Shown piece by piece: positions 45,570-55,800 of a DNA stretch of 64,000 bases (positions are counted from its first letter, which is position 1; each line of letters opens with the position of its first letter). Source of the DNA: a virus; the IMG/VR virus record IMGVR_UViG_3300047546_002006, positions 1 through 64,000 of that record. One strand, given 5' to 3'. The translations under genes and the position numbers were made by a program. Under the pieces are notes generated by a model. It saw only the letters and a list, made by a program, of their open reading frames with translations, was not told the origin of the DNA and searched no databases.

Positions 45570-48500
45570 TGGCTTATTGGGATCCAAAGCAGGGATGGCA
45601 AGTTCTTTCTTATTCAACCGACTACAAAACAAACTACACAACAGTCGATCCATTAGCTTTATATCCATATAAAACTGTCAATGATTTTTTTGTAGAAGCG
45701 CCATATAAAACAATTACAGATTTTGAAACGCTTTTTCCTTATAAAACTGCAGCGGACATTGCCGCTGGCTTTACGCCAAAAACGGCCGATGATTTTCTTG
45801 CATTATTTCCCAATAAAACAGATCAAGATTTTGCAGATCAATATCCAGCTAACAGGCCAACAACGGTAACTTTCTGGACAAAAATTGATTCAGATGGCAA
45901 CAGACAAATAAGCTGGACAGAGCCAAATAAACCAGCTAATTGGAATCAAAAAAGCATCACATACCAAGGAACGCTTAAACAACAGTTTTCTGACGGCTTC
46001 CGCAATAGTTTAAGTGACAATCAAAAGGACTTACTTTTAGCTAAAATTGCCGAATTAAACACAAATAACACAAGCAATTTAAACGATATTGACGCCAGAA
46101 CTATTGCAGTTAATACGTATAATCAGCAACAAGCACTATTAAGAGATCAACAAGCAAATACTTACAATACAGAGGAACAACAGGCTGGACAACAAACTCT
46201 AGCGGAATACAATCAACAACAAGACCAACGGAGGCAGGAAGCGTTAACTACATTTAATCAGAATCAAGATACGCTTCGCCAACAATTAGCTTCAATCTAC
46301 AATCAAGGGCAAGACACTCTTCGCGCCACAGCACAAAGTAACAATTTAACTGCAGCAGACATCAATCAAAAAAATCTTCAACTTAATCAGAAAAACCAGA
46401 TACTTAACGAATGGAGCCAGGAAGTAGTTAATTATTTACAGGGTAGCAAAACAGGAACTCCAAACAATCCTGCATATGTATCTACGCGAGATGGATTGCC
46501 TACTCAAAAATTATCTAATTTATTGTCGCAAGGATTAATAACACAGAATGAATATGACACTTACGTTAATACAGCAAAAAGTGGATTTAAAGCTTATTAC
46601 TTAATTAATAGATTATCTCCTTGGAATCCCAAGGAAGGACTGCAACCTCCCACGGGGGTATTTAACTCATTGTATTACCGTACCCGGACCGGTGATATAG
46701 GAAACAGTGTTGATCAACGATTTAACGCCGCATTGCAAAATGATGATTTAGATATTTTGGGTCGTTTTGATCGCGATCTTTACGCACATTATCATTACAC
46801 TACTGTCGGAAATAAACTGGGTGCACGTGGAAACGATGTAGACGACGCACAACTTGTACAAAAGTATGCAGAATTTTTAACTGATGCAGATTATCAACTT
46901 TATAGGGATCGCGTTCTTGGCGTAGGTGACCAATCTTTACTTGGTGAGCAGGTATCTCAGTTAACAACAGAAGAAGAACAACAAAAAGAAAAAATGTTTG
47001 GCGCAATGACGCTAGACGCACTAAAAGAATCACTCCAGGCTTTGCAAAACGCAAAAGCACAAGAACAGCAATTTGATTTATATGCACAACTAGACGGATT
47101 TAAAGAAATTACAACATTAAATCAAGATATCAGTGCGTCTATTCTTGGTGATTTTGGTGCAGGCGGCATCATGGGTTGGATGGGAGGACAAGAAGATACA
47201 GAAGAAAAGTTTTCAAAAGAATTAGGAAAAATTACTGGAATCCCAAGTCGCAGCACGGCTGTATATAACTGGCAAAAGTGGTTTGATGAACAATTGACTA
47301 CAAAGTACAAGGAAGGAACAACTTTCCAGGATCTGGAAGACCCCACTAAAACCTATGTGTTGGATAAAGAATTTGCGGATAAGTACATTAATACTTACTT
47401 GAAGCCACGCTTTGATGCTTCCAAGTCAATGTCCGAATTTACAAGTTATCTGGATGTGTCACAAGCAGAACAAAACATATTCCGAACCCAAAGCTCTATT
47501 AGCGCATTAAAAGATATTGCAGATTTAAGGGCTAAGGCGTATTTAGATCAAATTTATCAGCAGTCCAATACGCAAAAATCAAATTTTGATCCTGCGTTTT
47601 ATTTAAATCCGACAGGTAATTTTAGTGCAGATGATCCAAAGCTTGCTAAATATGCCGAACAAAAAGCAAAAGTTGATTCAGATTATCAATTAGCCAAATC
47701 TAATCCCAATACTGTTGTTGAAGGCGTAGGAAAAACATGGGCACAACTTGCATATCAATATGGTTTAGATATCAACGATCCACTGCAATTTGCCAGATTA
47801 CATTATGAAGTTGTGGGTGGACCTAAATATAATTTTGACGGCGCAAGAGACGTTTTAACATTTCAAGATGCAAATCAATATATTCAAAATACAATATTGC
47901 CGCAAATTTTAGAGGAGAAAAACAATCTTGGCGATGTAACATTTATGAATTTTGTGACGCCAGAATCTTTTGCTGATGAGCTTTTGCGTGGCGTAAATCC
48001 TGAAACAAACAAAGAAGAATGGAATAAACTACTTGAGTCCCAGGGGTTGGCAGGTAGCGATGCTGGCATAGATGAAGTAAGGCAATATATCATCGATTCT
48101 TTTAGGACTAATGCCGCGCAACAAATTCGAGAATCTATTAAGTACTTAAACGAGAAAAGGTTGCGTCCAACACAAGAAAGGTTGGGAGTTGATTATATTG
48201 AAAGGACCAGTGACGCAGCAACAACTGGTTCGCCAGAAGAAACCGAATTATACAAAGTGTTTCGCAATGCTGGTTACCAAGGAACAGAAGATGATTTTTA
48301 TAACTCTTTTATGACTGATATTGATAGAGGAGAAATGGAATTATTTACACAAGGAAGTAAAGCTGGTGGAATTCAATTAGGCGGCAGTTACTCAGGATTG
48401 ACCAGTAGTGATCCCTTTGAAAGCATGGCATCAATGGAAAGTTTATTTGACAACGCAAAAGAAACAACAACAGAAGATAAACAAGCGCCTAGTTACTTTA

Positions 48501-48598
48501 GACTGTTTGATGAAGAGGATACAGATGACGATTACAAGTCTGCAACAGGACAAAAAATTCTTGGTGAATTTACATCGATGTTTAAAGGATTTAGCTAA
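45569..48598 (+). CDS. large putative virion protein with internal repeats
   Basis: 1009 aa; PYKTxxDF and 15-aa YNQ repeats. Confidence 0.65.
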   Translation: MAYWDPKQGWQVLSYSTDYKTNYTTVDPLALYPYKTVNDFFVEAPYKTITDFETLFPYKTAADIAAGFTPKTADDFLALFPNKTDQDFADQYPANRPTTVTFWTKIDSDGNRQISWTEPNKPANWNQKSITYQGTLKQQFSDGFRNSLSDNQKDLLLAKIAELNTNNTSNLNDIDARTIAVNTYNQQQALLRDQQANTYNTEEQQAGQQTLAEYNQQQDQRRQEALTTFNQNQDTLRQQLASIYNQGQDTLRATAQSNNLTAADINQKNLQLNQKNQILNEWSQEVVNYLQGSKTGTPNNPAYVSTRDGLPTQKLSNLLSQGLITQNEYDTYVNTAKSGFKAYYLINRLSPWNPKEGLQPPTGVFNSLYYRTRTGDIGNSVDQRFNAALQNDDLDILGRFDRDLYAHYHYTTVGNKLGARGNDVDDAQLVQKYAEFLTDADYQLYRDRVLGVGDQSLLGEQVSQLTTEEEQQKEKMFGAMTLDALKESLQALQNAKAQEQQFDLYAQLDGFKEITTLNQDISASILGDFGAGGIMGWMGGQEDTEEKFSKELGKITGIPSRSTAVYNWQKWFDEQLTTKYKEGTTFQDLEDPTKTYVLDKEFADKYINTYLKPRFDASKSMSEFTSYLDVSQAEQNIFRTQSSISALKDIADLRAKAYLDQIYQQSNTQKSNFDPAFYLNPTGNFSADDPKLAKYAEQKAKVDSDYQLAKSNPNTVVEGVGKTWAQLAYQYGLDINDPLQFARLHYEVVGGPKYNFDGARDVLTFQDANQYIQNTILPQILEEKNNLGDVTFMNFVTPESFADELLRGVNPETNKEEWNKLLESQGLAGSDAGIDEVRQYIIDSFRTNAAQQIRESIKYLNEKRLRPTQERLGVDYIERTSDAATTGSPEETELYKVFRNAGYQGTEDDFYNSFMTDIDRGEMELFTQGSKAGGIQLGGSYSGLTSSDPFESMASMESLFDNAKETTTEDKQAPSYFRLFDEEDTDDDYKSATGQKILGEFTSMFKGFS

Positions 48599-48897
48599 TG
48601 GCAGATAAGGCACGCAAAGCAGCAAAAGCAGCAAAATTACATAAAGATTCAATGGCGTGCAACAAACCACGCCGCACCCCTGGACATCCAACCAAATCAC
48701 ATGTTGTTAAAGCATGTAAAGGCGGAGAGGAAAAAATTATCAGGTTTGGTCAGCAAGGCGTAGAAGGTGCTGGTAAACACCCAACAACAGAGAAGGACAA
48801 AGCAAGGAAACGTTCATATTACGCACGGCATAATGCACAAGATCCTAATCCAAGCATCATGTCTGCCAGGTACTGGTCAAACCGTGTAAAGTGGTAG
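48598..48897 (+). CDS. conserved small basic phage protein
   Basis: NKPRRTP.HPTKSHVV..IIRFGQQG..ARH..SARYWS. Confidence 0.75.
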   Translation: MADKARKAAKAAKLHKDSMACNKPRRTPGHPTKSHVVKACKGGEEKIIRFGQQGVEGAGKHPTTEKDKARKRSYYARHNAQDPNPSIMSARYWSNRVKW

Positions 48898-48915
48898 GGC
48901 CACTCATTCAATTAC

Positions 48916-49041
48916 ATGGCAAAACCTAAGTCATCTGCATCCATTAAGATCGAGTCTCGCCCTAAACTAACGCGACAGGGTGATGGCAAGCACTCAAAGC
49001 CAAATCATGGTCGCAAGTTAAGTCGCGGTCAAGGCAAATAA
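48916..49041 (+). CDS. small basic protein ending RGQGK (not in ORF track)
   Basis: MAKPKS..TRQGDGKHSK..RGQGK. Confidence 0.65.
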   Translation: MAKPKSSASIKIESRPKLTRQGDGKHSKPNHGRKLSRGQGK

Positions 49042-49076
49042 ATTGTGTATGATTGGAAGTAATTATTGTTACTTCC

Positions 49077-49736
49077 ATGTCGGATTTTTCGTCTGCCATT
49101 AACATCATTCGTAAATACGAAGGATTTAACGAAAAGGCATACCCAGATCCGAACACAGGAGGAGACCCATATACCATCGGGTATGGAAGCCAATTCTATC
49201 CCGATGGTTCTCCTGTTAAAAAGGGACAATGCTGCAGTAAACAAAAGGCACTGGAGTATTTGTTCCATGAGGTCAATGTAATTGAAACTCAGCTTTTGAA
49301 ATTGAATTTGGGGTTAGATGATTGTATGCGTCAAGCCCTAATTTCTTTTATTCACTCGATTGGCTGGGAGCCTTTTTTGTACAGCCATGTTATTGATGCT
49401 ATTGAGCACGAAGATTTTTGCGGCGCCACAGAAGAAATGGGCAGATGGATTTTCAATGAAGACCATAAGGTTGTCGGTGGATTACTTGATCGCCGTAGGG
49501 AAGAAATTAGTTTATTCCTCCAGGAAGTTGACGCCAATCCCTGGTCCTCAACAGAAGTTTTGTTGACAGCATTTCGCAATTACACAGCAGCACCACACGA
49601 AGTACGCGCTATCAGAGGTTTAGAAGAAAGCATCAGTCCTTATGTCCTATCAAAATTTGCCAATGATTTTTGTATTGATGACAATCCATGGTCAGATTTT
49701 AGTACTGATGACGCAGATCTAGTATTTGGCGGCTAG
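49077..49736 (+). CDS. GH24 lysozyme
   Basis: IRKYEG..AYPD..TIGYG, ALISF, GLLDRRREE. Confidence 0.88.
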   Translation: MSDFSSAINIIRKYEGFNEKAYPDPNTGGDPYTIGYGSQFYPDGSPVKKGQCCSKQKALEYLFHEVNVIETQLLKLNLGLDDCMRQALISFIHSIGWEPFLYSHVIDAIEHEDFCGATEEMGRWIFNEDHKVVGGLLDRRREEISLFLQEVDANPWSSTEVLLTAFRNYTAAPHEVRAIRGLEESISPYVLSKFANDFCIDDNPWSDFSTDDADLVFGG

Positions 49737-49760
49737 GCTTAGAATAATTGCATTGAGAAC

Positions 49761-50063
49761 ATGCAGAGCGGGATGGAGAGGTCAGTTGAGCCACGGGAAT
49801 TTGAACTCCCCCTAGAATTGCAGTTCTCAATGCGTAAAGCAGAACTTGCTGCGCAAGAAATGACATGGGAGGAGTTGTACTGTGCACTTCTCAATCTGTA
49901 CCACCAGCGCCTTATGGAATGGTACGCTATTAAATCCTTGATGGAAGATGAGAATATTTCTATTGATTTTGATATTCCAACTGAGATTGAGTTAGCAGAA
50001 CTCGCCGCCGCCTGCATTGACGACGACGAGGATGAAAACGAAGACGATCTTCAGCCTTTTTGA
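49761..50063 (+). CDS. nblA: NblA-like phycobilisome degradation protein with acidic tail
   Basis: ELPLELQFSMR..AQEMTWEELYCALLNLYHQRL..IKSLM. Confidence 0.72.
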   Translation: MQSGMERSVEPREFELPLELQFSMRKAELAAQEMTWEELYCALLNLYHQRLMEWYAIKSLMEDENISIDFDIPTEIELAELAAACIDDDEDENEDDLQPF

Positions 50064-50341
50064 ATTTCGTCTAACTGAATCAAGCGATCAATGTACCACT
50101 GCGCTTTTTTAAGGGATTCAGTGCCCCCCTTCAAGCGTTCACGCCATACATATTTTTGAATGTTGCCTTTCAGGTAACCACGATACTCATCTGGTGTTAA
50201 TGAAGCCTCAATGGCCTCAATACACTCAATACTCCCACTATCTGTGTAGTGGGTAGGATGATTTACATTATCGCCCTGGAGCACAGGAGCCTCTTCTTTG
50301 ACAGCCCATGGTACTGGGCATACGCCACCAGGGCAATCCAT
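50051..50341 (-). CDS. DUF3310 (T7 gp1.7-like nucleotide kinase domain) protein; start may be further upstream
   Basis: DNVNHPTHY..IECIEAI..GYLKGN..KYVWR..KGG.ESLKKAQWY. Confidence 0.85.
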   Translation of the reverse strand: MDCPGGVCPVPWAVKEEAPVLQGDNVNHPTHYTDSGSIECIEAIEASLTPDEYRGYLKGNIQKYVWRERLKGGTESLKKAQWYIDRLIQLDEIQKG

Positions 50342-50358
50342 TACTTCAGGCACTGGAT

Positions 50359-50709
50359 CTACCGGAGCAAACCACGTCGTTTTGCCGACAACACTCGTTC
50401 CTTCTCCGAGGGCGCCTCCAGTTCCAGTACTAAGCTCTTCGGTCGTGGCGAGGAAGCTGGGTACTGCTCCAGTGCTTCCTCCATCGATGGGATGTAACCC
50501 GTCATTCCGGGCCGTTGCCCCTCGAGATTCAATGGATTCCGATCCAACCCTTGTTCGCATGCAACTAAACCGCGATTATACATATCGTACAGCGGCACAT
50601 CATTTTCTGCGTTATCAAGGGGTGCGCCAAAATCTTCTTCTGTCAAACAACGACATTTAACTTCGTCCTGAACAAAAGCATCTAAAAATCCAGCTGCAGA
50701 ATGCATCAC
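50359..50709 (-). CDS. hypothetical protein
   Basis: 116-aa ORF. Confidence 0.6.
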   Translation of the reverse strand: MMHSAAGFLDAFVQDEVKCRCLTEEDFGAPLDNAENDVPLYDMYNRGLVACEQGLDRNPLNLEGQRPGMTGYIPSMEEALEQYPASSPRPKSLVLELEAPSEKERVLSAKRRGLLR

Positions 50710-50745
50710 AACTAACTAACGATTTACTGCTTCTACAATAATAAG

Positions 50746-51120
50746 ATGGCAAATACATATAGCTCTAATTACGATCCACGGATCAGCTCTGGAACTTCCG
50801 GGGCAGAAGCATCTGATTTACGGCCTGAACAGGCATACGACATTGATTTGCGGCGCTTAGATCCAGAGGAGCGAGCCGCTGCATCTTCTTTAAATAAAGA
50901 CCAAGAACGTATTGGGCGTTTTATGCGAGCAGCACGAACTGCTGGTGAATACAGACAAAGGGCAAGTATTGATGAACCAATGATTCGTGGCAGAACACCA
51001 AGAACAGGTGCAGTTATTAATGGCGTAGAACTACCAACTAGAGGAGACTCTGGAGGGCGTACCGGTTCAGTTGGATACGCCCGCACTCCTAAATCAATGT
51101 TTGGCCAGCCATTTGTTTAA
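50746..51120 (+). CDS. hypothetical protein
   Basis: ORF with TACAAT at 50734. Confidence 0.65.
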   Translation: MANTYSSNYDPRISSGTSGAEASDLRPEQAYDIDLRRLDPEERAAASSLNKDQERIGRFMRAARTAGEYRQRASIDEPMIRGRTPRTGAVINGVELPTRGDSGGRTGSVGYARTPKSMFGQPFV

Positions 51121-51704
51121 ACTTGAGAAAACACCACGTTTTTGGGCTGGTCCTGGTACTTGCCCTTTCGATGCTGATAAGTCACCTCACAAGGTTTACC
51201 ACGATAGAAAAGAAGCTGTGTAATACCCTCGTTGGCGTAAATACGATTAAATAATCCAGTGCAATTACTAATCTCTAAGGTCAGATATCCTTCCCAGCCC
51301 GATTCGGCAGGAGTGATATTAACCAATATCCCTGATCGCGCATAGGTAGATTTACCTACTGCAACAACCGTTACGTCGCCAGGTAACTTTAAACGTTCTT
51401 GTGCTACACCAAGACAATAACCATATGGAGGCAAGATAAAATAATCACCTCTTTCATCAGACTGCAATTCAGCAGGCTTCAAAATATCAGGTTTAAAATT
51501 CTTCGGATCGCATTCCCCCTCTGAAATCCTTCCAAAAATTAAACATTGCTTGGGAGAAAGGCGGATATCGTAGCCGTAGGAACTGAGGCCATAGCTCAAT
51601 AGACGACGATTGTCTTCTTCGTTGACCAGATGGCCAACAAAAGGCTCAATCATGCCTTGTTTTTCGGCCAGCTCACGAATTTCCCAGTCAGCAAGAACGC
51701 TCAT
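51117..51704 (-). CDS. dcd: dCTP deaminase
   Basis: SYGLSSYGYDIRL, GKSTYARSG, GWEGYLTLE, YANEGITQ, GKYQDQ. Confidence 0.95.
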   Translation of the reverse strand: MSVLADWEIRELAEKQGMIEPFVGHLVNEEDNRRLLSYGLSSYGYDIRLSPKQCLIFGRISEGECDPKNFKPDILKPAELQSDERGDYFILPPYGYCLGVAQERLKLPGDVTVVAVGKSTYARSGILVNITPAESGWEGYLTLEISNCTGLFNRIYANEGITQLLFYRGKPCEVTYQHRKGKYQDQPKNVVFSQV

Positions 51705-51737
51705 AGTTCCCTGTTATCGTTTCTTAGTATACAGAAG

Positions 51738-52325
51738 TCAACAAAGAATGCGCCCTTTGTGACCATAGATATCAATAAAATTACTGATTGCCTGATCGGT
51801 GTCCGTGGTAGGCGGAAAATAAACTAAAAATGAAGTTGCTGTTTTATGCCTCTTTACTTCATTCTCAATTCTTCGCATGAGAATGGGAGCAGTTTTTAAG
51901 ATGCACACAGGAAAATCAAATAACTTTTGTTCATAGCGAATCATGTCAGGGCAGTTGGTAAAATAAAGTCCTTGTTTTACTTCTCCTGCCATCCACTCAC
52001 GGTATAGACGCCGAAACCACACAGCATGAGAAGAAGTCAATGTACTAGAAGAAGCTCTGGTCATCTTCCAGCGTTGATTTTTTTCTTCCCAAAAGTAGCA
52101 TCCACTAGGCGGGAATAAATACACATTTCCATACCATGGTTGAGCATTTAAGCCGTCATCCAATGGTGTGTAAAAATGTTTTGCTTCTACATAAGTATTA
52201 GCCAATGTAGAGCTTGCAACATCAAGATCAATACCGCCCATTAATGCATGAGCGGCTGTAACAAGATCTTTATTTGTAATTAATTCAGCATCTTCTCTGC
52301 GAAGACTAGGAACAAATGTTGTCAT
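51738..52325 (-). CDS. phage N6-adenine DNA methyltransferase-like protein with altered motif IV
   Basis: GGIDLDVASS..AN, DDGL..PWYGNVYLFPPS. Confidence 0.65.
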   Translation of the reverse strand: MTTFVPSLRREDAELITNKDLVTAAHALMGGIDLDVASSTLANTYVEAKHFYTPLDDGLNAQPWYGNVYLFPPSGCYFWEEKNQRWKMTRASSSTLTSSHAVWFRRLYREWMAGEVKQGLYFTNCPDMIRYEQKLFDFPVCILKTAPILMRRIENEVKRHKTATSFLVYFPPTTDTDQAISNFIDIYGHKGRILC

Positions 52326-52701
52326 CTACTTTGTTATAGTCCACTTCAAAATAACGCATCCCATCAGAATCGTTAATAACATATCCAGCTTTTTCTTTTG
52401 GATCGATTTTCTGCGCTGCAGACAGGATACGCCTAAAACTTTCTGCCATATCGCCGTCATTGGAGCGTTCACACTCTTCTTGTGCAGCATGCAATTCTTT
52501 TAATGTTAAGAAAAACATGGAACGTTCGCCAGATTCAGGTTGAAACACCATCACTCCTGGGCCTTCCACCTCCCAGAATTTACAGTACTGCTGGCCCATG
52601 TCACCAAGGATGAGCCGAACTGTTGCATCCAACATACGTGCTTTTGTTTGGTCCATTTTGGGACCAATGACAGAAGCGATTAATTGTTCTCTTTTACTCA
52701 T
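52306..52701 (-). CDS. hypothetical protein
   Basis: ORF in operon. Confidence 0.7.
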   Translation of the reverse strand: MSKREQLIASVIGPKMDQTKARMLDATVRLILGDMGQQYCKFWEVEGPGVMVFQPESGERSMFFLTLKELHAAQEECERSNDGDMAESFRRILSAAQKIDPKEKAGYVINDSDGMRYFEVDYNKVDDNICS

Positions 52702-53162
52702 CGTGCAATTAAATTTTGTTTGTAGAGGGCTTCCAGTAGCTTAGGCGTTGGCTGGTACATAACAACAAGCTTTCCCAGAGCGCCGCGTTTTTTTAGAAGC
52801 TTACCATTTTCATCTCGTAGTTTATCAAATTCTCCAGAGCGAATGAGATATTCAGCTACACAACGCAGCCGACGTTTCAAAGGCAGCTCTGCCTGGGGAA
52901 ATTTACCACAAATTGTATCTGGCATCATATCTTTAAATGCCAAACGAAGACGATTTGCAAGTGTCATGCCAGAGTTTTCGTCTTCTTCTTCAAATGCATG
53001 TAAATTTTCTAAATAACGTTGCAGACACCCATCATCAAAAGAGCCGTCAGGCGGCAAAAACATTTGCACTTGCAGGGCAAGGGATTTTGGTAGCAGTTCT
53101 AAGCAATTAGAAACCGTAAGGATGGATATATCAACACCCCTAAAACGATATGCCATAATCAA
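52698..53162 (-). CDS. possible winged-helix protein
   Basis: RRLRCVAEYLIRSGEF..GKLVVMYQPT. Confidence 0.55.
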   Translation of the reverse strand: MIMAYRFRGVDISILTVSNCLELLPKSLALQVQMFLPPDGSFDDGCLQRYLENLHAFEEEDENSGMTLANRLRLAFKDMMPDTICGKFPQAELPLKRRLRCVAEYLIRSGEFDKLRDENGKLLKKRGALGKLVVMYQPTPKLLEALYKQNLIAR

Positions 53163-53581
53163 AGGCGGCCAAAAGGTTTCACGTTATACAGCTCCTTGCG
53201 TGTATTTTCATCGGCGCCTATTTCTTTGTAGCTAATATCTTTATTTTTTGCAAAGGATTGAATTAATCGGTTCCAGGGGATCCTAATCAATGCCTTGCGT
53301 TTGTTATCAGGAGATACATTGACATAATGAACACCTTCGACCCATCCTTTCGTTGGTTGTTTTCTGCCAATAGCAATCCAATTTCTTATGGTTTGATCTG
53401 AAACTCCAAGCCGGCGACCGCATTCTTCAGTTGAAATGTATTCATCTGCATATGCGTCTGGATTGAGGACATCAGTTTCTCCTTCTCCATACCTGCTATG
53501 CCAAAGAGAAGAGAGAATATTTTTGATGCCTTTTAATTCGTAGGCAACATCTTCAAATCCTTTACGAATACCGTACTGCAT
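53159..53581 (-). CDS. excisionase-like HTH protein
   Basis: YISTEECGRRLGVSDQTIRNWI..EGVHY. Confidence 0.75.
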   Translation of the reverse strand: MQYGIRKGFEDVAYELKGIKNILSSLWHSRYGEGETDVLNPDAYADEYISTEECGRRLGVSDQTIRNWIAIGRKQPTKGWVEGVHYVNVSPDNKRKALIRIPWNRLIQSFAKNKDISYKEIGADENTRKELYNVKPFGRL

Positions 53582-53630
53582 GCCAAGACCGTTTTTTAAA
53601 TGCTAATGTGTAAGAAAATCACTTGCAACA

Positions 53631-53936
53631 ATGGAAGAACAACAGGTTCCCCCTAGCCAACCAGCCTTTCAAGTTCCCCTGGAACAGATCACACCGGATC
53701 AACTGAATGAACTGAAGGCTCGTGCGCGTGAGCTTGCCGTCCGTCAAGCAATGGCAGAGAGGCAGGTTTTGCCTCAACCAGCTCAACCCCCTCAAGTTGT
53801 TTATGTTCGACGAAATTTAACTGTTGCCGAACTGCTGATCGTCCTCTTGATATCTTGTGGAATTGTAACAGGAATTCAGTTGGCTTGGAAAGGTGTTTCT
53901 CATGTTATTCCACGCATTGAAGTAAAGGTGAAATAA
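53631..53936 (+). CDS. membrane protein
   Basis: C-terminal TM helix. Confidence 0.65.
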   Translation: MEEQQVPPSQPAFQVPLEQITPDQLNELKARARELAVRQAMAERQVLPQPAQPPQVVYVRRNLTVAELLIVLLISCGIVTGIQLAWKGVSHVIPRIEVKVK

Positions 53937-53980
53937 ATAGAACATCTATAATAAAACAATAGAGTGCATTGTAACCGTAG

Positions 53981-55759
53981 GTGGCCAATAGAAAAATTAC
54001 CGAATTTTCGTCTATCGATAGTGCTTCTATCGACGACGCAGATGTATTAACTCTTGTCCACGTTTTTGAAGTAGATCCCACCCTAAGAAATAAAAAAATT
54101 ACTTTTACTGAATTCAAGGAATACTTGAATCAGTATTACATCAGCCCTAGCGGCACTGCTACATTTAGCGGTAATGTTGTAATTCAAAGTGGATTAACGG
54201 TTAGCGGAACAGCTCTTTTGGGGGCCTTAACTGCTACGGGTGCGGCAACCTTTAGTGGCGTTACTGTTCAAAATGATATTACTATTACCGGAACAACAAG
54301 CGGTACTATTGCCAGTTTTGCGACAGGTATTTTTACCAATACAGTTTCGGGCAATACGTTAACCGGACAAACTGTAAATGCTACAACAGGTAATTTTCAG
54401 TCAGTTACCAGTGTCACTGGTGTTTTTACAGGAACTCTGTCAGGTGCAACAGTAACTGGCACTGCAGCCCAATTCACTACTATTACAGGACAAAGCATTT
54501 CCGGAGCAAACGTTACTGGTGTATCGGGTGTATTTACAACCCAGCTCTCTGGGGCGACAGTCACTGGCAACACAGGATTATTTACAACGGTAACAGGACA
54601 AACACTTAGCGGTGCTACCGGTGTTTTTCAAAATTTAACAGCTAATTCACAAGCAATACAAAACAATTTAACAGTCACTGGAACCATTGTTGCTAATGGA
54701 TCAATTACAACAACAGGAAATCTAAACACCAGTGGTAATCTTGCCGTTGCTGGCTCAGGTGTTTTTGGATCTGGGATTCAAGTTACCGGAACCATTAGCG
54801 GCACAACTGTTACAGGTGCAACGGGTTCTTTTACTAATATCACCGGTGTTAACGGTACTTTCACTACACAAGTATCGGGTGCAACAGTAACAGGTAATAC
54901 AGGACAATTTAGTAATATTACTGGTGTTTCGGGAGTATTTACAAGTTATTTATCAGGTGCAACGGTTACAGGAACAACCGGTCAATTTACAACTGTTACT
55001 GGTATTAGTGGTGCATTTACATCGTTAACTGGTACTACCATTACTGGAACCACGGCTCAATTTACAACAATAACTGGTATCAGTGGTGCGTTCACCGTAG
55101 TCACAGGTGTCACGGTAACTGGAACAACAGCTAATTTTGTCTCAGGTGTATTTACGACTCAGCTTTCTGGGGCCACAATCACAGGTAATATTATCCGTGG
55201 TACCAGTGGAATTTTTGATACATTAACAGCGGTTAACCAAACATTCTCCGGTGGCTTAACTTTTTCTGGTGATACTAATACTATTGGCAATGCACAGTTT
55301 CGATCTGGCGTAACAGTCACCGGAACTTTAAGTGGCACTACCATTACAGGAACAACAGTACAAGCCACAACTGGCACATTTGTTTCTTTAACTGGAACAA
55401 CAACAACTGGTGTAACTGCAACTTTTGTTACTGGAATATTTACCACAGTTGTATCGGGTGCAACTGTTACTGGCACGACTGCTCAGTTTATTACTGTTAC
55501 AGGTGCATCAGGCGCATTTACTTCTCTTACGGGCACCACGGTTACTGGCACAACTGCTAATTTTGCAAGTGGTAACTTCAGTACAAGTGTTTCCGGTGCG
55601 ACAGTCACAGGGAATACCGGTTTATTTACAAACATCACTGGCAGCACAATAACAATCACTACACCTTCTGGCGCAACGCCAGCGGTCATCTGTTCAGGTG
55701 TAGTGTCCGGTGGAACTTCTGGATTTGTTATCCAAGGACCTTTGACGATTTTGCCTTGA
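53981..55759 (+). CDS. Thr/Gly-rich tail fibre protein
   Basis: MANRKITEF..NKKITF anchor; SGATVTG/FTT repeats. Confidence 0.8.
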   Translation: MANRKITEFSSIDSASIDDADVLTLVHVFEVDPTLRNKKITFTEFKEYLNQYYISPSGTATFSGNVVIQSGLTVSGTALLGALTATGAATFSGVTVQNDITITGTTSGTIASFATGIFTNTVSGNTLTGQTVNATTGNFQSVTSVTGVFTGTLSGATVTGTAAQFTTITGQSISGANVTGVSGVFTTQLSGATVTGNTGLFTTVTGQTLSGATGVFQNLTANSQAIQNNLTVTGTIVANGSITTTGNLNTSGNLAVAGSGVFGSGIQVTGTISGTTVTGATGSFTNITGVNGTFTTQVSGATVTGNTGQFSNITGVSGVFTSYLSGATVTGTTGQFTTVTGISGAFTSLTGTTITGTTAQFTTITGISGAFTVVTGVTVTGTTANFVSGVFTTQLSGATITGNIIRGTSGIFDTLTAVNQTFSGGLTFSGDTNTIGNAQFRSGVTVTGTLSGTTITGTTVQATTGTFVSLTGTTTTGVTATFVTGIFTTVVSGATVTGTTAQFITVTGASGAFTSLTGTTVTGTTANFASGNFSTSVSGATVTGNTGLFTNITGSTITITTPSGATPAVICSGVVSGGTSGFVIQGPLTILP

Positions 55760-55800
55760 TATTTTGAACTAAAATAAACAAAAGACAGTAGAGAAAACAA

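Noticed and set aside
52306-52701. CcmS-like carboxysome chaperone
   Set aside because: Only a vague pattern resemblance; cannot be supported without an HMM search
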